From: Eledone cirrhosa
Taxonomy: Eukaryota
Direction of reading: 5' to 3'
NCBI GenBank assembly: GCA_964016885.1
Contig: OZ024743.1
Span: 147,002,001-147,066,000, forward strand
DNA length: 64,000 nucleotides
Shown here in pieces: positions 28,627 through 45,740 of the stretch. The translations under genes and the position numbers were made by a program. Each line of letters begins with the position of its first letter. Within the stretch, counting starts at the first letter, position 1. Below the pieces are notes generated by a model. It did not search any database and was not told where the DNA came from. It saw only the letters and a list, made by a program, of their open reading frames with translations.

Positions 28627-30175
28627 TAACTGCTCGGAAGAGACCCTTCCTGGAGCTTAATTATTGTAAACGACTGAGAGTTTATTCTCAAAATATAATA
28701 TATTAATAGATAGATAGTTTGGAGCTAATTAATATATTTATAGCTATAGGTTAATAAATACAATTAATATATATTTTCATTGACATATACTCAGATCTGC
28801 CTTTCAAATAATTTTGCACAGTTAAGGACTCTAAATGAAATTAAGTGTTTTATACTGAAGCAAATTAATATATCTAAAGTGGAATACAGGCTCATAGCTG
28901 ACTCATGTCTAGCATTCATAACATAAACTTTACCTGTTTAGTAATTCGAAACATTAACAATCATTCTTTTGTGTATGGGGTTAAATTAATATTCAGTTGT
29001 TCTTATCACAACATAGGAAATTCGTTGTGTGTCAGACAAAGGCATAATTTGCAATGGTCCAGTTCTACAAGCCATATATAGTATATTTCTCTGTAATTTG
29101 GAGAAAATAAATGAAATTTAATTTTAACTAGTTTTCACATATATAAAACAACAATGAATAATTTGGGTATTATTTAAAAAACATCCTGAATGCTATCATT
29201 TTGTTTCTGCTTTTTAGGCACAATAGCCTTGACCAAGCAGTCCTATGATCAAAATGTTTCAGATATTTCATTTTTATGTATATCAGGTACTACAATGTTC
29301 AATAGATTTAATTTTGAGTGTGTACTATGTCTCAAGCTTGTAAATGCTTTACTCCCTCCTTCCAATTAGTCTCAAAGGCCCTGAAAAATAAAAGGTCATG
29401 GGTGCTACCCTTCATTCTAAACAATAAAACATAGAAATAAAAGACAGTACTGTGAAATTTAGTGCCTTTTTCTAGCAGGCTGAATGCTAGTTTATTATAG
29501 GAATGTTTTATGAAGAATGTGAGAAAATAGTTGAAGAATGTTATCATGTGAATATGTTAGTAAATAACAGTATAACAGATTGGCAGTTTGTTAAAGCTTA
29601 CAGCAAAGAAGCAGAGGAATTGTTGCCCAATTCTGTCCAAAAAATTGTAAAAACATCTGTTGTACTACTGCATTTTCAAGTATTTCGAATTATCTTTTCT
29701 GTTTCAAGATCTCCTGATAAATTCTTTCAGGGCTGTCAGTTTCTTGAGAAACTGAAGAAATAGAATGACAATAATGGGCATGTCAATTATAGGGGTGGCT
29801 GACAGATGAATACAACAAGATAAGCCTGTTTTTGTTTTTAAATAGCTGTAATTGGTGCTAGAAAAGATGGCCAGCTGTAAAACTGCTACGACAATTACAC
29901 ATGACCGAGTACAGAATATATTACCACACCTGTTATGTAATCAGATCTGGCCAGCCTTATGCCAACAATCATTGTGTGTGAATGTATGCATGCGCTCATG
30001 GTTGAATGTGTGTGAATGCAAGTATGCATGTGTGTATCAATGTGAGTATGTGCATGCGAGTATTTTTCCATGTGTGTGTGTGTATGTGTGCATTTTTGGG
30101 TAACATTGTATGTGTGTGCTTATATGAGTTTGTGTGTGTGTGGGAGAGAGAGGGAGAGAGAGAGAGAGAAGGAGA

Positions 30176-30209
<34 letters not shown>

Positions 30210-30460
30210 TAGAGAGAAAGTGACTTTACGTGTGTGGATGTGTGTGTATGTCTGTGTTTAATGTAATGTTATATGTAGAAATGCTAGGTCTCTTCCATGA
30301 ATACAATTTCACAATTTAAGAAACAACTTTGTGAAATTGGGAATAATGATGATTATGTCACAGCTAACAATATTAGCTGTAGCACTAACATTGCGTGATT
30401 CATAATAGAGACATACATAATAGCTTATACACCTCTATTATAACTAATAGTTAATAGTTA

Positions 30461-30650
30461 GGGCGGTGGATTGGCAGTATCAGTAGAGGGTCGGACGCCA
30501 TGCTTTGACGTATAGAGTTACGGCCCTTGCCATTCTGAGTTCAAATCCCGCTGAGGTTAACTTTGCCTTTCATCCTTACGGGGTCGATAAAATAAAGTAC
30601 CAGTAATGCACTGGGTAATTTGCTGGCCTTGTGCCAAACGTAGAAACAAT
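30461..30650 (+). mobile_element. Full-length SINE family 1 with TSD
   Basis: A box tggcagtatcag, B box gagttcaaatc. attataactaatagtta is duplicated on both sides. Confidence 0.88.
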
Positions 30651-30962
30651 TATAACTAATAGTTATCGGTTAATGTAGATTTTCTCTGCTAGTATGGGTT
30701 GGATGGATTCTCACAGCCAATGTCTGTACTTAAGCAGCTCAACAGACCTCTCAAATATGTCAGGGCTCCACATCTTATATATGTTCTCACACTCTACTAA
30801 GGGTTCAAATGGCCTTGGAGCTCACATCTTGCTTACATAGGTTCCTGTGATCAACCAAGGCATTTTATCATGGCACTATCAATAGAAAAGTTGCCATGTC
30901 TTTGACACAGTTTAAAAATCATTCACACACACATAAGTGTGTGTGGTTGGATGTGAATATTT

Positions 30963-32318
30963 ATATTTGGTTTCATTCCTGGGAAAAATACTACAGATGC
31001 CCTCTTCTTTGTGAGGCAACTACAAGAGAAGTTCCCAGCCAAAAATAAACTACTATATTTAGCTTTTGTTGATCTAGTGAAGGCCTTTGGCAGAGTACCT
31101 TGATCTATTATTTGGTGGTCCTTAGGGAAATTAGATGTAGAAGAATGGTTTTTGAGAGCAGTGCAAGCTATATACAGAGGAGCTGTCAGTAAAGTGAGAG
31201 TAGGAAATGAGTTTAGTGAGGAATTCAAGGTATGAGTTCATCAGGGTTTAGTTATTAGCCCCCCTCTGTTCATCTTAATTCTTCAGGACATAACAGAGGC
31301 CATAAAATGGGCTGTCTATGGGAGCTTCTCAATGCAAATGATTTGGTCCACATAGTTGAAACGAAAAAAGAGCTAGGATATATATTCCGATTATGGAAAC
31401 TGAATTTGGAATCAAAAGGTCTGAGAGTAAACTTAACTAAAACTAAAGTGCTAGTGAGTAGGAGTGATGACAGGACCCAGGTTCCTTCAGGAAGGTGGCC
31501 ATGCTCAATATGCAGAAAAGGTGTAGGCATAATCTCCATACAATGTACAAAATGTAATTCTTGGGTACACAAAAGATGTAGTTGGATGATGAGTAGACTA
31601 ACAGGAAAGGAGTACATTGCTTGTAGAAGATGCACAGGAGAAATTGAGAAGAAGACTGCTAATGATATAAACCTTTGCCAGTCTCATGAAGAATCTATAG
31701 ACATGGTTGATACCTTCTGCTATCCAGGTGACCTAATTAGCAGCAGAGGAAGATGCACCAGAGTAAAATAGCTAGAATAAGGATAGGATAGAAGTTTAGA
31801 GAACTACTCCCACTGTTGACAACAAAAGTTTTCTCCCTATATAGAAAAGGAAGGGTGTGTGATACCTATGTGTGTGGTGTGCGATGCTGCATGGTAGTGA
31901 AACATGGGTTGTGACTGCAGAGGACATGCGTAGACTGGAGAGAAATGAAGCAACCATGTTTCGTTGGATGTGCAATGTAAATGTGTGAGAAAGGCAGAGA
32001 GAGCTGAGAGAGAAGCTAAGCGTAAGGGAAATCTGAGATAGTGTGCAGAAGAGAAGACTACATTGGTATGGACCTGTGACATGCATGGGCAATGACCGAT
32101 GGGTGAAGAAATGCCACGAAATCCTAGTGGAAGGAAACTACAAAACAGTATGACCAAGAAAGACCTGGGCAGAGGTTGTGAGAGCAGACCTCAAATCACT
32201 AAGACTGGTACAGGAGATGACGAAAGAATGCGATAAGTGGAGAGATGCTGTGTTGAGAAGGACCTGTCCAATCCATGCAAGCATGAAAAATAGACATACA
32301 AACGATGATGATGATGAT
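30963..32318 (+). mobile_element. Degenerate RTE LINE, related to the 20602 element
   Basis: Colinear RT motifs with stops and frameshifts, and a (GAT)n tail. Confidence 0.9.
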
Positions 32319-32548
32319 TCACATCTACCCATAGATTTGTGAAATGCCATTTAATTTAAATTACACCTGAAAACAAGAAGGAAACTTTGGTGTTATTTGA
32401 AAGTATTTTAATGATATTGCTTTACTTCCTTTTCCTCTTCTCATCATCATCACCATCATTAGTCATCATCATTGTTGTCATTGTCATTGACGTTGTTGTC
32501 ATCATCCTCATTGTTGTTGTTATTGCTGCTGTTTTCTCATCATTATCA

Positions 32549-32730
32549 GTGGATTGGCAGTATCGGTAGAGGGTTGGACGCCATGCTTTGCAGCATAGAG
32601 TTACGGCCCTTTATGATCTGAGTTCTAATCCCGCCGAGGTTAACTTTGCCTTTCATCCTTACGGGGTCGATAAAATAAAGTACCAGTAATGCACTGGGGT
32701 AATTGCTGGCCTTGTGCCAAAAGTAGAGAC
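32549..32730 (+). mobile_element. SINE family 1
   Basis: Matches 30461-30650. Confidence 0.85.
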
Positions 32731-33137
32731 AAGACAATTATTTATTAAATAAAATTCTGTGCTTTCACTGCAACTTTAATTTAACATATCTCTGGTACCA
32801 GACATGTCAATTTTAATTGGTTATAATCAACTCCTTGAAATTCAAATTCTCATACACTTCATAGTCAACACTGCATCCCAAAGTCTTAGCTTTCTATTTC
32901 AAGATTAGAATATATTTTAGCTCTGAACCATTACCTATTTTGTGTTGAAGTAACAAATATAATCTATACTGGTCATATATATGGGATAATAGATCTGCTA
33001 CATTGAAACATTTTGACAGACACTTTTACATGTCAGGCAAGCTGTGGCTCACCAACAAGCAACAATTATCACCAGCCCATGAATGGGATGGTTGTTGTAA
33101 ATAACTGAGTCAAAGTTTGAGTACTTCACATGTTTCA

Positions 33138-33204
<67 letters not shown>

Positions 33205-33554
33205 TTGTTCCTGTGAACTAGTCTGCACAGTTCTTCATTGCAAACACACTTTATACACTAAGATAATCTCATTTTGTCCTTCTTACAGTTTTTCCTCATC
33301 ATTCCTACTCAATGAAGTCAATGAGAGAGCTCCTACCTAGTTACACAAACTGTTGAAAATAACAGAAACATTTCCCTCAAATCACAGAGAAAATGTCATA
33401 TTGGTTTATGTGGGTGTTGGATTCCCTGCACAAAGAAAAAGACTGGATAGTCATGGTTAGAATCTCTGTGATTATAGGTTTCCATGATCAGGACTGACCT
33501 GCAACCAAACAATAACAATTTGTAGTTGCTGTTTACATATTCACTTTGATATGT

Positions 33555-33697
33555 ACCATTCCTGAATGCAATCTCTCTCTCAACACTTCAAATGGTATGG
33601 ACTTAAAAATAATCAACTTTTCTAGAGTTTTACAACTTGGTAACTTTCTTGGCTGCTTTTCGAATTCCAAGTCATGTTTCTGACACTTAAACTTTAC
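33555..33697 (-). CDS. Candidate host exon, unknown product
   Basis: Polypyrimidine tract plus tttag acceptor and an open frame VKFKCQKHDL...LHSGM. The donor is weak. Confidence 0.25.
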
Positions 33698-34212
33698 ACT
33701 AAATACACAGAACGAGAAAAAGAAAATCAACAACAAAAAAACAAAGAAAAAACATAAAATAAATGAACTATATCAATAACAAAATAAGACATGTTAAACG
33801 ACACACACATGCACAAACACACACATATACACACGCATGCACATCCACACCTACACATACAAAAACACACACATAAACACACAGACATACACAGACAGCA
33901 CATACACAGACAAATACACATACATACACACACATACAAACACATACACACACACATAAATGAATGAAAAAATAATAAAAATGAAACAATACAAACAAAA
34001 GTCCTTGAAAACTCGTGCTTGCATACATATGCACATAAAAAACATATATGCACATACACCACAAATATGCATGCACAATAATATATCGATACATTCACAC
34101 ATGTATATATATACACACACACACACATATAAATCTATCTCTCTTTAAATATATCTACTTTATATATGTGCAAATATATGCACACAATGACACATACACA
34201 CATATATACATA

Positions 34213-34254
<42 letters not shown>

Positions 34255-34676
34255 TATATATATATATATATATTAATGTGTTTGTGTGTATTTATGTATA
34301 TGATTATGTGCATGTATGTGGAAAATATTTTGGGATTTTCTTTGTTTTCAATTGGAGAAAGTGACTTGGAAAATACAGGTCTTTGCATCAACATCAAGAA
34401 CTTGGTGTGAATTCCAGCTATCATGGTGAGCTCCTTTTTTCTTCGGTTTTCTCAAAAGTATCATCTAATCAAAAACTGCATTGATCTTCAGACATGTTCA
34501 GTTTGCTAAAACAGCCTTCAGCTCTACCTCAATAAATGTCATTTGGAATGGAAATAAATAAAAATATTTATTCATCTGAACACAACATTATAACTTCAAG
34601 ATATTTATTGTGTTTGTAGTAAAAATCTGGTGACATTTTGAAAATGAAATATGACAGCAGTAACTTATTTTAACTT

Positions 34677-34724
<48 letters not shown>

Positions 34725-34832
34725 CTTATCTGTCTACTTATCTGTCTGTCTGTCTGTCTGTCTGTTCATCCATGCATCCATTTCTGCCTCCATCCATCCA
34801 TCCAATCCCACCCATCCAGCCACCCCAAACCC

Positions 34833-34902
<70 letters not shown>

Positions 34903-34904
34903 GT

Positions 34905-35160
34905 AAAAAAACATAAGCTCGTCAGCGTGACTCCCAATCACACTGCCCTTTTCCAACAGCTTTATAGTAGTACCGAGAGCTGTGAGTAAGTGAACGAGAA
35001 GTACACGGACTGGTTCTCCATCAACAGCAGAGTCAGACAGGGCTACGTGGCCACCATCGACCTCTTCAGCTGTATCATTGATAACCAAGTTCTGTGAGCG
35101 AGTCCCTGGAGTTACCATCGGGAAGTGCCACCTTGCGGACCTGGAATACACGGCAATACT
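34905..35160 (+). mobile_element. Degenerate LINE RT fragment
   Basis: Plus-strand translation ..LY..TESC..VN..TDWF.I.S.VRQG.V...DLF.CIID. Confidence 0.6.
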
Positions 35161-35276
35161 ACTCTGTTAAGCAACGTGATTGGGACCCACTGACCGTATA
35201 CCAGGATGAATCAGCAAAGTTTGGCTTTCAACCTGGATCCTCTCCCACTCCATATTAGCCACACCAAGCAAGAATA

Positions 35277-35346
<70 letters not shown>

Positions 35347-35523
35347 ATACACCCACTCACACATATATGTATATATATATATGGTTCCTCCAACCTCACG
35401 GTAGCGGGCCACACATATGTATATATACTAGGTGAGTGAAAAGTCCCTTCCTAGTATATCTTTGATGCAAATATTACATACATCATCTATATTGGAATTT
35501 GATTAATTAGTCTCTATATAATA

Positions 35524-35710
35524 TTGTTTCTACGTTTGGCACAAGGCCAGCAATTACCCCAGTGCATTTCTGGTACATTATTTTATCGACCCTCTAAGGA
35601 TGAAAGGCAAAGTTAAACTCGGTGGGATTTGAACTCAGAATGTAAAGGGTTGTAACTCTATGCTGCAAAGCAAGGCATATAACTATACCGATACTGCCAA
35701 TCCACCGCCC
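35524..35710 (-). mobile_element. SINE family 1
   Basis: Reverse complement of 30461-30650. Confidence 0.82.
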
Positions 35711-36149
35711 ATATATAATATTACTTCTCTGAGAGATTCCTCTCATTGAGCAGTTTTAAGTTTAACCTTTAATTAATATCAAACTGCTATTTAATCTGTA
35801 GAATTTTACCAGACGGTCTTTTGGCTGCTATTTCTAGTGGCAGTCACATAGTCCTATTATGTTAGGGGATTTTTGATCATGTAACACAGTGTTTGCTTTT
35901 ATTCCAGCATGCAACATGCTGCCTCGGCAAATGAACCAGTATGTATGATTTCTTGGTCAATTTCTCTTAGCTTTTGAAGAATTAAACTCTCCCGAAAAGT
36001 ATAGCAGATTCTTCAATTATTGGTAGTTTCATTAAGAATTCTTCCAATTACGAAACCATGGTAGAGAGATCTATATATAAGCGAGTTTAGATAGAATATC
36101 ATTTTTGTCTATCTTGTTTGTACTCCAAGAAATAGGTTTTTCTCACTTA

Positions 36150-36202
<53 letters not shown>

Positions 36203-36205
<3 letters not shown>

Positions 36206-37352
36206 CCAAACATATTATGAAAAGGCCCAACACTACACACAACAGAAAATAATGAGAAACCTAAAATCCCTAACAACCCTTTACAAAGAAGGCCTTAAAG
36301 ACAAGGAATACAACTACACCAATTTCAAAAGCAGAACCAGCCTCTTCTACGGTATCCCCAAGACACACAAAAGCGAAGTAATAGGCCTGCAAGCAAGCCA
36401 CAGACGTTTACATCAATATAGCCCCTCCCGATGACCTTAAATTAAGACCCATAATAGCAGGCACCACATGTGAAACCCATCGCTTAAGCAACTTCCTAGA
36501 TATTCTGCTTAAACCTTTCCTAAAACATATAAAAAGCTTCATAAGAGACGACCTTGACATGTTCAACCACCTCCCAACAACACTCAACAACGAACATACC
36601 CTACTAGTAACCTTTGATGTCATCAATTTATATTCAAATATCCCACACAACCTAGGTATAGAGGCAATACAATTCTGGATGGAAAATTTCTCTAGTGAAC
36701 TTCCACAGCGCATCCCTAAAGAATTTGTGTTGGAGGGACTCAAATTCATCTTGGAAAACAATTTCTTCGAATTCAATGCCAAATACTACAGTCAGATATC
36801 TGGGACTGCCATGGGCACGAAAGTGGCCCCCTCATACGCCAACCTTGTCATGGGATATTTGGAAACCATTCTCTACCGCAAAGTTCTAGACAAATACGGC
36901 AACCACTTCTACCAACACATAGAAAAGAACTGGAAGAGATATCTGGACGACTGCTTCATCCTCTGGCATGAAAGTATAGATAGACTGTTTGAGTTCAAAA
37001 CCCTTCTGAATGAGCTCAACACTATTCACAATGGATTACAGCCATGAACAACTCTCTTTCCTCGACATCCTCATCAAGAAAACAAGCAACAAAATAGACA
37101 TATACTACAAACCCACAGACTCCAAACAATACCTTCAATTCAACTCATAGACAATAATTAAATATATAAATAGATAAATAAATGCCATTGTTAAATAATA
37201 AATAAATCAACTAATACCTTAACACTTCACACAAAGTAAAACATTTCGTTTTAATCATTTTCTAACCCAGAAAAGAGAGAGAGAGACACACACAAAAAGA
37301 GGAGAAAAAAAAATCTTTCTTCCTCATAATCGTCTCTTTCTCCCTGTTTTCA
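36203..37352 (+). mobile_element. Penelope-like RT fragment (same family as 5284) fused at 37146/37147 to the family's 3' terminus
   Basis: FYGIPKTHK, LRPIIAG, TFDV.NLYSNIP, QISGTAMGT..APSYANL, RYLDD. 37147-37352 matches 6936-7135. Confidence 0.92.
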
Positions 37353-37374
37353 TATATATATATATATATATATA

Positions 37375-39059
<1,685 letters not shown>

Positions 39060-39064
<5 letters not shown>

Positions 39065-39175
39065 AAGAGCTTCTACAGGACTAGAACTGTTTCATTCATG
39101 AGAAATCATCAGGGAGCGCTTCCTGATGATTTCTCACGAATGAAACAGTTCTAGTCCTGTAGAAGCTCTTCTATA
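39060..39175. ncRNA. Palindrome made of two back-to-back type I hammerheads (+39118-39166, -39069-39117)
   Basis: gcttc-ctgatga-t ttc tcac gaa t-gaaa-cag..ctg-ta-gaagc. Confidence 0.8.
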
Positions 39176-39253
39176 TTAAAACTTTTATACTCTGCTATGT
39201 ATTGAGTACCTTACTTACTGTGGTTACCTCCGATTCAACCCGGAATAACTTAT

Positions 39254-39328
<75 letters not shown>

Positions 39329-39338
39329 AAATGTTAGA

Positions 39339-39432
39339 CCCCGACGGCAGACATCAAGCCGTTTCGACGGCTATTTCTGGACTAAATTAGAATTTTTAAC
39401 GTGGTAAATAAATAGCCGAACTTTTCAAGGGG
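39339..39432 (-). ncRNA. Type I hammerhead, U3-A8 core, family Y
   Basis: cccc-ttgaaaa-g ttcggctattt..aaatagccgt c-gaaa-cgg..ccg-tc-gggg. Confidence 0.75.
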
Positions 39433-39570
39433 TAATTCCTTAAATGGGAAGATTGTAGTTGTCGAGAGGATTAGTCAAAATTTCTTGTAAACACAATTAA
39501 GTCTATCATTGCAAGTATTGTGTATTCTGGTGCGTTATGATCCATCTGGTTCCTCACCACACCTCCTTCG

Positions 39571-39612
<42 letters not shown>

Positions 39613-40335
39613 TTAAGGTAAACATTGATGCAATTCAATCAAGCACTCCAGGTACTTTTTCCACACAGGAGTGACGGAGTATATATCGAATAAGAAAAAG
39701 CGAAGTAGTTTCAGATGTTAAAGTCCTTTAATGATAATGCTGTGATACATATTTCAATGACGACAGTGGCCACACGCTTCGGTGTACCCAGTGCCGTGAC
39801 ATCATGAGAGAGCTTCTTACATAACAAGGTTATGTTTCCGAGGCAATCCAAATTAAATCGACAGGGGAACGGACAAAGCGTGTGCTCTTGAATCCTTCGC
39901 CCGTTCACATGTGAGTCCCAATTCACCCCCACCGGTCTGCACAGGCGCAATTCCGAAGGAAGTTGACCATCAACTACCCCAGGTTCTACGAAACTCGCCT
40001 AGGCAGGTCCCCTTCTCAACTAAACAATCACCCCATCCAGGTCTGTAATATGATACGGTTATAGTTTACTGCTAGTCGCCCTGCCAGTGGCAGTTGGCCG
40101 AAACCTAGTGGGGGTGGGAGAGTATAAGTTTCAATAGGTCTCAATACTACCCCTAAATTAAGCATGGACAATAGAATTGATTATCACCCGGTAAGAGAAT
40201 ATATAGTTATTTCTAGGTATTATGGTTTCACAATGGAAATTATGATTGAAAATAGAAATTAGAAATTAAAAATAAAAAATTAAAAAAATTACAAGTTAAA
40301 ATCTTGATTGAAGTAAGTAAAAAGATATGTAAGTG

Positions 40336-40442
<107 letters not shown>

Positions 40443-40639
40443 GGTGTTCGCTCCAGCATAGCTGCATACATATAAGTATATGTATTTTGTATATCTAGCG
40501 ATATACGGTATGTTTACGATTAAACATTTGAAAGCCTTTAGCTATTCATTTTTGAGGCTGATGTCAGAACCATCTTGCGTATCTCAGCAGAAGCAGGGTC
40601 GGTTAAAGTATCGACGATAATCGTTTCTGACTCCGGTTT

Positions 40640-41125
40640 TTATGAAGATAGTGCTCCCTTAAACAAAAGCAAACAAAGCATTCCAAGAACTTGTTGTTTC
40701 ACCCTGTTCACCAGGCGCTTTGCACGGATCAAACGGTTTTCTTCTGTCTTTGCAGACATGAATTGGCCTTTCCGTACCACATATGGCATGTATGCACAAT
40801 TCTTCCAATAGTTTGCCTTGAAAAATTGAATTTCTTAGGAATGACATTAATTGACTTTCTGGGGTTCTTATATATAATTTTCTGCACCTTTTGTACAAAT
40901 GTGTGTGTTCTGTGTATATTAGGAACTTTAGCAGGCATTTTACATTTGGCTACTGTTGTAGAATCACTGTCAGCGGCTTCCAGGCATTTAAGAAGTTTGG
41001 CAACAAACGATCGTGCAACTATCAGGAAGTGAGCAATCTTTAAATCACTATGTTCTTGCTTTAAGGTAACGATTACAGACTGCATTTGCATTTGCCGAGT
41101 TAGCTTGATGACTGTCATCATTTAT
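40640..41125 (-). mobile_element. Tc1/mariner transposase N-terminal fragment
   Basis: IAHFLIVARSFV.K...RT..FVQKVQKII..NPRKSI..I.K....S..TI.RIVH, a paired HTH region. Frameshifted. Confidence 0.75.
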
Positions 41126-41237
41126 CTGAAAAGAATAAGAAGTTAGAGCTATTAAATTATGAGTTCTCAAAAAACTGAGCAGCCCAATATATATAATCTT
41201 ATCCCTCTCTCTCGCTCTCTCTCTTTCTCTCTCTCTT

Positions 41238-41275
<38 letters not shown>

Positions 41276-41347
41276 TTTCTCTCCCCCACCCCACTCTCTC
41301 TCTCTAAATACACTCATGTATGTATGCATATATATATATATATATAT

Positions 41348-41602
41348 GTTAACCTTGGTCTTCCTCTTCTAGTGTGTCCATATAGGGGCTCCCAAAGGAG
41401 CACTGAGTGCAATGTCAACTCTGGATGTCGGTGAACATGTCCAGCCAACCTCAGTCTCCTCTGTGTCACTTTTGAGCTGACTTTTGGGATGCTCCCATAC
41501 AGCTCTGAGTTTTTCATCCTCAGTGTATACTGATTAATGTTCAGAGCCATCCTCAGCATTCTCGTGTAGCACCCATCCACCATCTGAGTGAGTTTCTTGG
41601 TA
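41348..41602 (-). mobile_element. RTE-like LINE C-terminal fragment
   Basis: DGCYTRMLRMALN..N.ELYG..RRLRLAGH..RH..LLWEP..G.RRGRP. Confidence 0.85.
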
Positions 41603-41782
41603 TATGTATGTATGTATATATATAGTATTAAGGATACTATTTATGGTTATGTATATACTAAAACCTTTTATAGTTATATATATTTTAAACCCTAAATAGT
41701 GAGAGACAGTAATTTATTACTATCTTATTACCAGTAAGATAAATAGCTCAATGTAACAACATCAGTTGTTTTACAGAGCAGT

Positions 41783-42102
41783 TATATAGAAATTACATGA
41801 ATCAAAGTTCTGTTTAAATCATTTATTTGCTTACAATTGTTTCTTCCAAACCGTGGTTTGGAGTTTTCGGAGCAATTATTCAGTGATTTTTTACATACTT
41901 GACCTCCTTTTCAACACAAGAGACATATAGAAACATATGTATATATTGACCTACAGTGGGTTGACATCCATTATAATAATATAGCATGGCATGTATGTAA
42001 AAAATCACTGAATAATTGCCCCGAAGACTCCAAACCTCGGTTTGGAAGAAACAATTGTAAGCATATAAATGATTTAAACAGAACTTTGATTCATGTAATT
42101 TC

Positions 42103-42108
<6 letters not shown>
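41783..42108. repeat. Inverted repeat with hammerheads (+42017-42063, -41828-41874), U4C core
   Basis: tgc(t/c)-ccgaaga-tccaaacc tc ggtttgga-gaaa-caattg-ta-agca. Confidence 0.75.
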
Positions 42109-42194
<86 letters not shown>

Positions 42195-42352
42195 TATAAT
42201 AAATATACATATATATATATATATATATATAAAAATACATATATATACATATATATATATATACACTCACAAATATATATATATACACACAAATATATAT
42301 ATACATATATATATACACACACAAATATATATATATATACATATACATATAC

Positions 42353-43331
<979 letters not shown>

Positions 43332-43877
43332 GAAAGGTATAGAAAACACTGCAGCGAAAAGCGAACAGCATTCCATAGTATATAAGTGACTATAGCGTCA
43401 AAATGGGAAAAATAGTTAACGTAAGATGTGGGGAAAATATGTATATATATATAGTTGTGTATAATGGTAGCTATGGTGCTTCCATAGGCGGTATGCCAAA
43501 ATTAGCACTCGATATTCAGCAGAGTAGAGTGTAGATTGTATAAAGAAAACGAAAAATCAGTGATGCATCTGGACTTAATTTATTGCGTGTTACAATTGTT
43601 TCGCCGGCAGGTAGCTCGAGACATGGTCCCTGTATGGATCTGGTGTATTATATAATGTATTTTTAATTTACGGTTTTGTTTATATATGTATATGTGGAAG
43701 CACATATGTGTGTAAGCAAATATGCACATGTGCAGGTGTCTGCATGTGGCAGCCCGTGTGCGTATGCATATGTAGATGTATATATGTCTGCATGTGTGTA
43801 TGTATATGTATGTATATGTATGTATATGTATGTATATGTATGTATATGTGTGGGTGTGTGTATGCATGTAGGGTTTT

Positions 43878-43938
<61 letters not shown>

Positions 43939-44030
43939 ATGTAATTTTGTGTACGTATGTGTATTTTGTATGTATGTGTGGGTATATGTGAGTATATATA
44001 TATGTATATATGTATATATATATATATGTA

Positions 44031-44073
<43 letters not shown>

Positions 44074-44663
44074 GTGTGTGTGTATATGTATGTATGTGTG
44101 GATGTATATATGTGTGTGTATGAGTGTGTGTATATATAAATATATATAAAGTTGTGCGTATGTATGTGTGTGCGCGTATGCGTGTATATATGTGTATGTT
44201 TGAGTAGGCCATGCTTGTCCGACCGGATATATGGCGCGACTTAAGCAGCCGTTATAAGGCTTGTGGCGATATGTATCTAGAAGTGGGTGTGACTGGGTCC
44301 ATGGAAGTGAGGGAGAGCATGTGTGTGTATATATACATATATGTATGCATGTGGGAGTATCTACGCATGTAGGCGTAGGTGTGTGTATGCACGAATGTGT
44401 CTGTGTCTGCATGTGTGTGTATATGTGTGGGTGCGTACTCTGGAGTGTGAACAGACGTGTGAGATACTGAACCCAGCACGACTCCATTGAAATGTGCCTG
44501 ACGGAAAATGGGTGATGATCTGTGTAGCAGTAAATACTGACCAGAACTTGTGATGACGTGGAGTAAAAACAGCCAATGGCATGACAAGAGTGGAAGAGGG
44601 TTTTTTGAGGGTGTTTTTTGATGATAACACCCCGGTGATAAAATTTGCTCCGAACGAAATATC

Positions 44664-44754
44664 CGTGTCTGAAAGAACCTGCAGCTGTAGAATCAGCCAG
44701 ATCCATACAGGGACCATGTCTCGAGCTACCTACCGGCGAAACAAATGTAACACG
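44664..44754 (+). ncRNA. Type I hammerhead; an inverted partial copy at 43539-43643 bounds a ~1.26-kb element
   Basis: cgtgt-ctgaaaga-long stem II-gaaa-caa(a/t)tg-ta-acacg. Confidence 0.65.
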
Positions 44755-44799
44755 CAATAAATTAAGTCCAGATGCATCACTGATTTTTCGTTTTCTTTA

Positions 44800-44866
<67 letters not shown>

Positions 44867-45285
44867 TACAAAAGGCGGAAGAACTCATAAGAGTCAATGG
44901 CCATCCAAAAAATGTGTAAATATGTATATACATGTATGCATGTGTATGTATATGCGCGGGGACATAGAAATAGTCGGGCTGGATACCCGATCGCGTGGTT
45001 AAATCACAGGGAGTGAATGACCCCTAGCCTATGCCAGGACATTCTTCGAGGAGAAGGCTACTCAGGAAACTGGGATAAATCCGACATAAACCTGAGGCTC
45101 AGTAGTTACCGATGATGTTGATCTTTTCTTCTTTTCGGGTTAAAGCTACTGTCGCTCAGAGGGTGGGATTGGCTCAGTACACAGTCTTTCCTCACTTTAG
45201 AAAATCTTCACGCACAGGCATTGCACGATACTAATAATGTTATGTCATGCAATGGCCATACTCGATAACGAGGGGGCAGCCATCC

Positions 45286-45442
<157 letters not shown>

Positions 45443-45740
45443 ACGCATATAAACAATGGCGTAGCATGGATAATTCTATACATTTGAATTTGAAATCCAT
45501 AACTCTGATGAACTATCCAGTACAGAGTCGATCCCGATCGTGACCGATCACACCCCCTGAGCTGATTGATTGCGAAATGCGTGTCAAGCGTGAATAAAAT
45601 ACGTATATGATGCTAAATTGATACTTCCTTCCCGCTTACTTATTATATATATACAAACAGTAAACGGAAACAACGAAGCAAACAACACAGTACAATGAAG
45701 AAATATATTAGTTCAACGCTTGATATAGTAGAAAAATAGT

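Noticed and set aside
45465-45590. ctgatga at 45505 with GAAA on both sides
   Set aside because: No convincing stem I in either canonical or permuted order.
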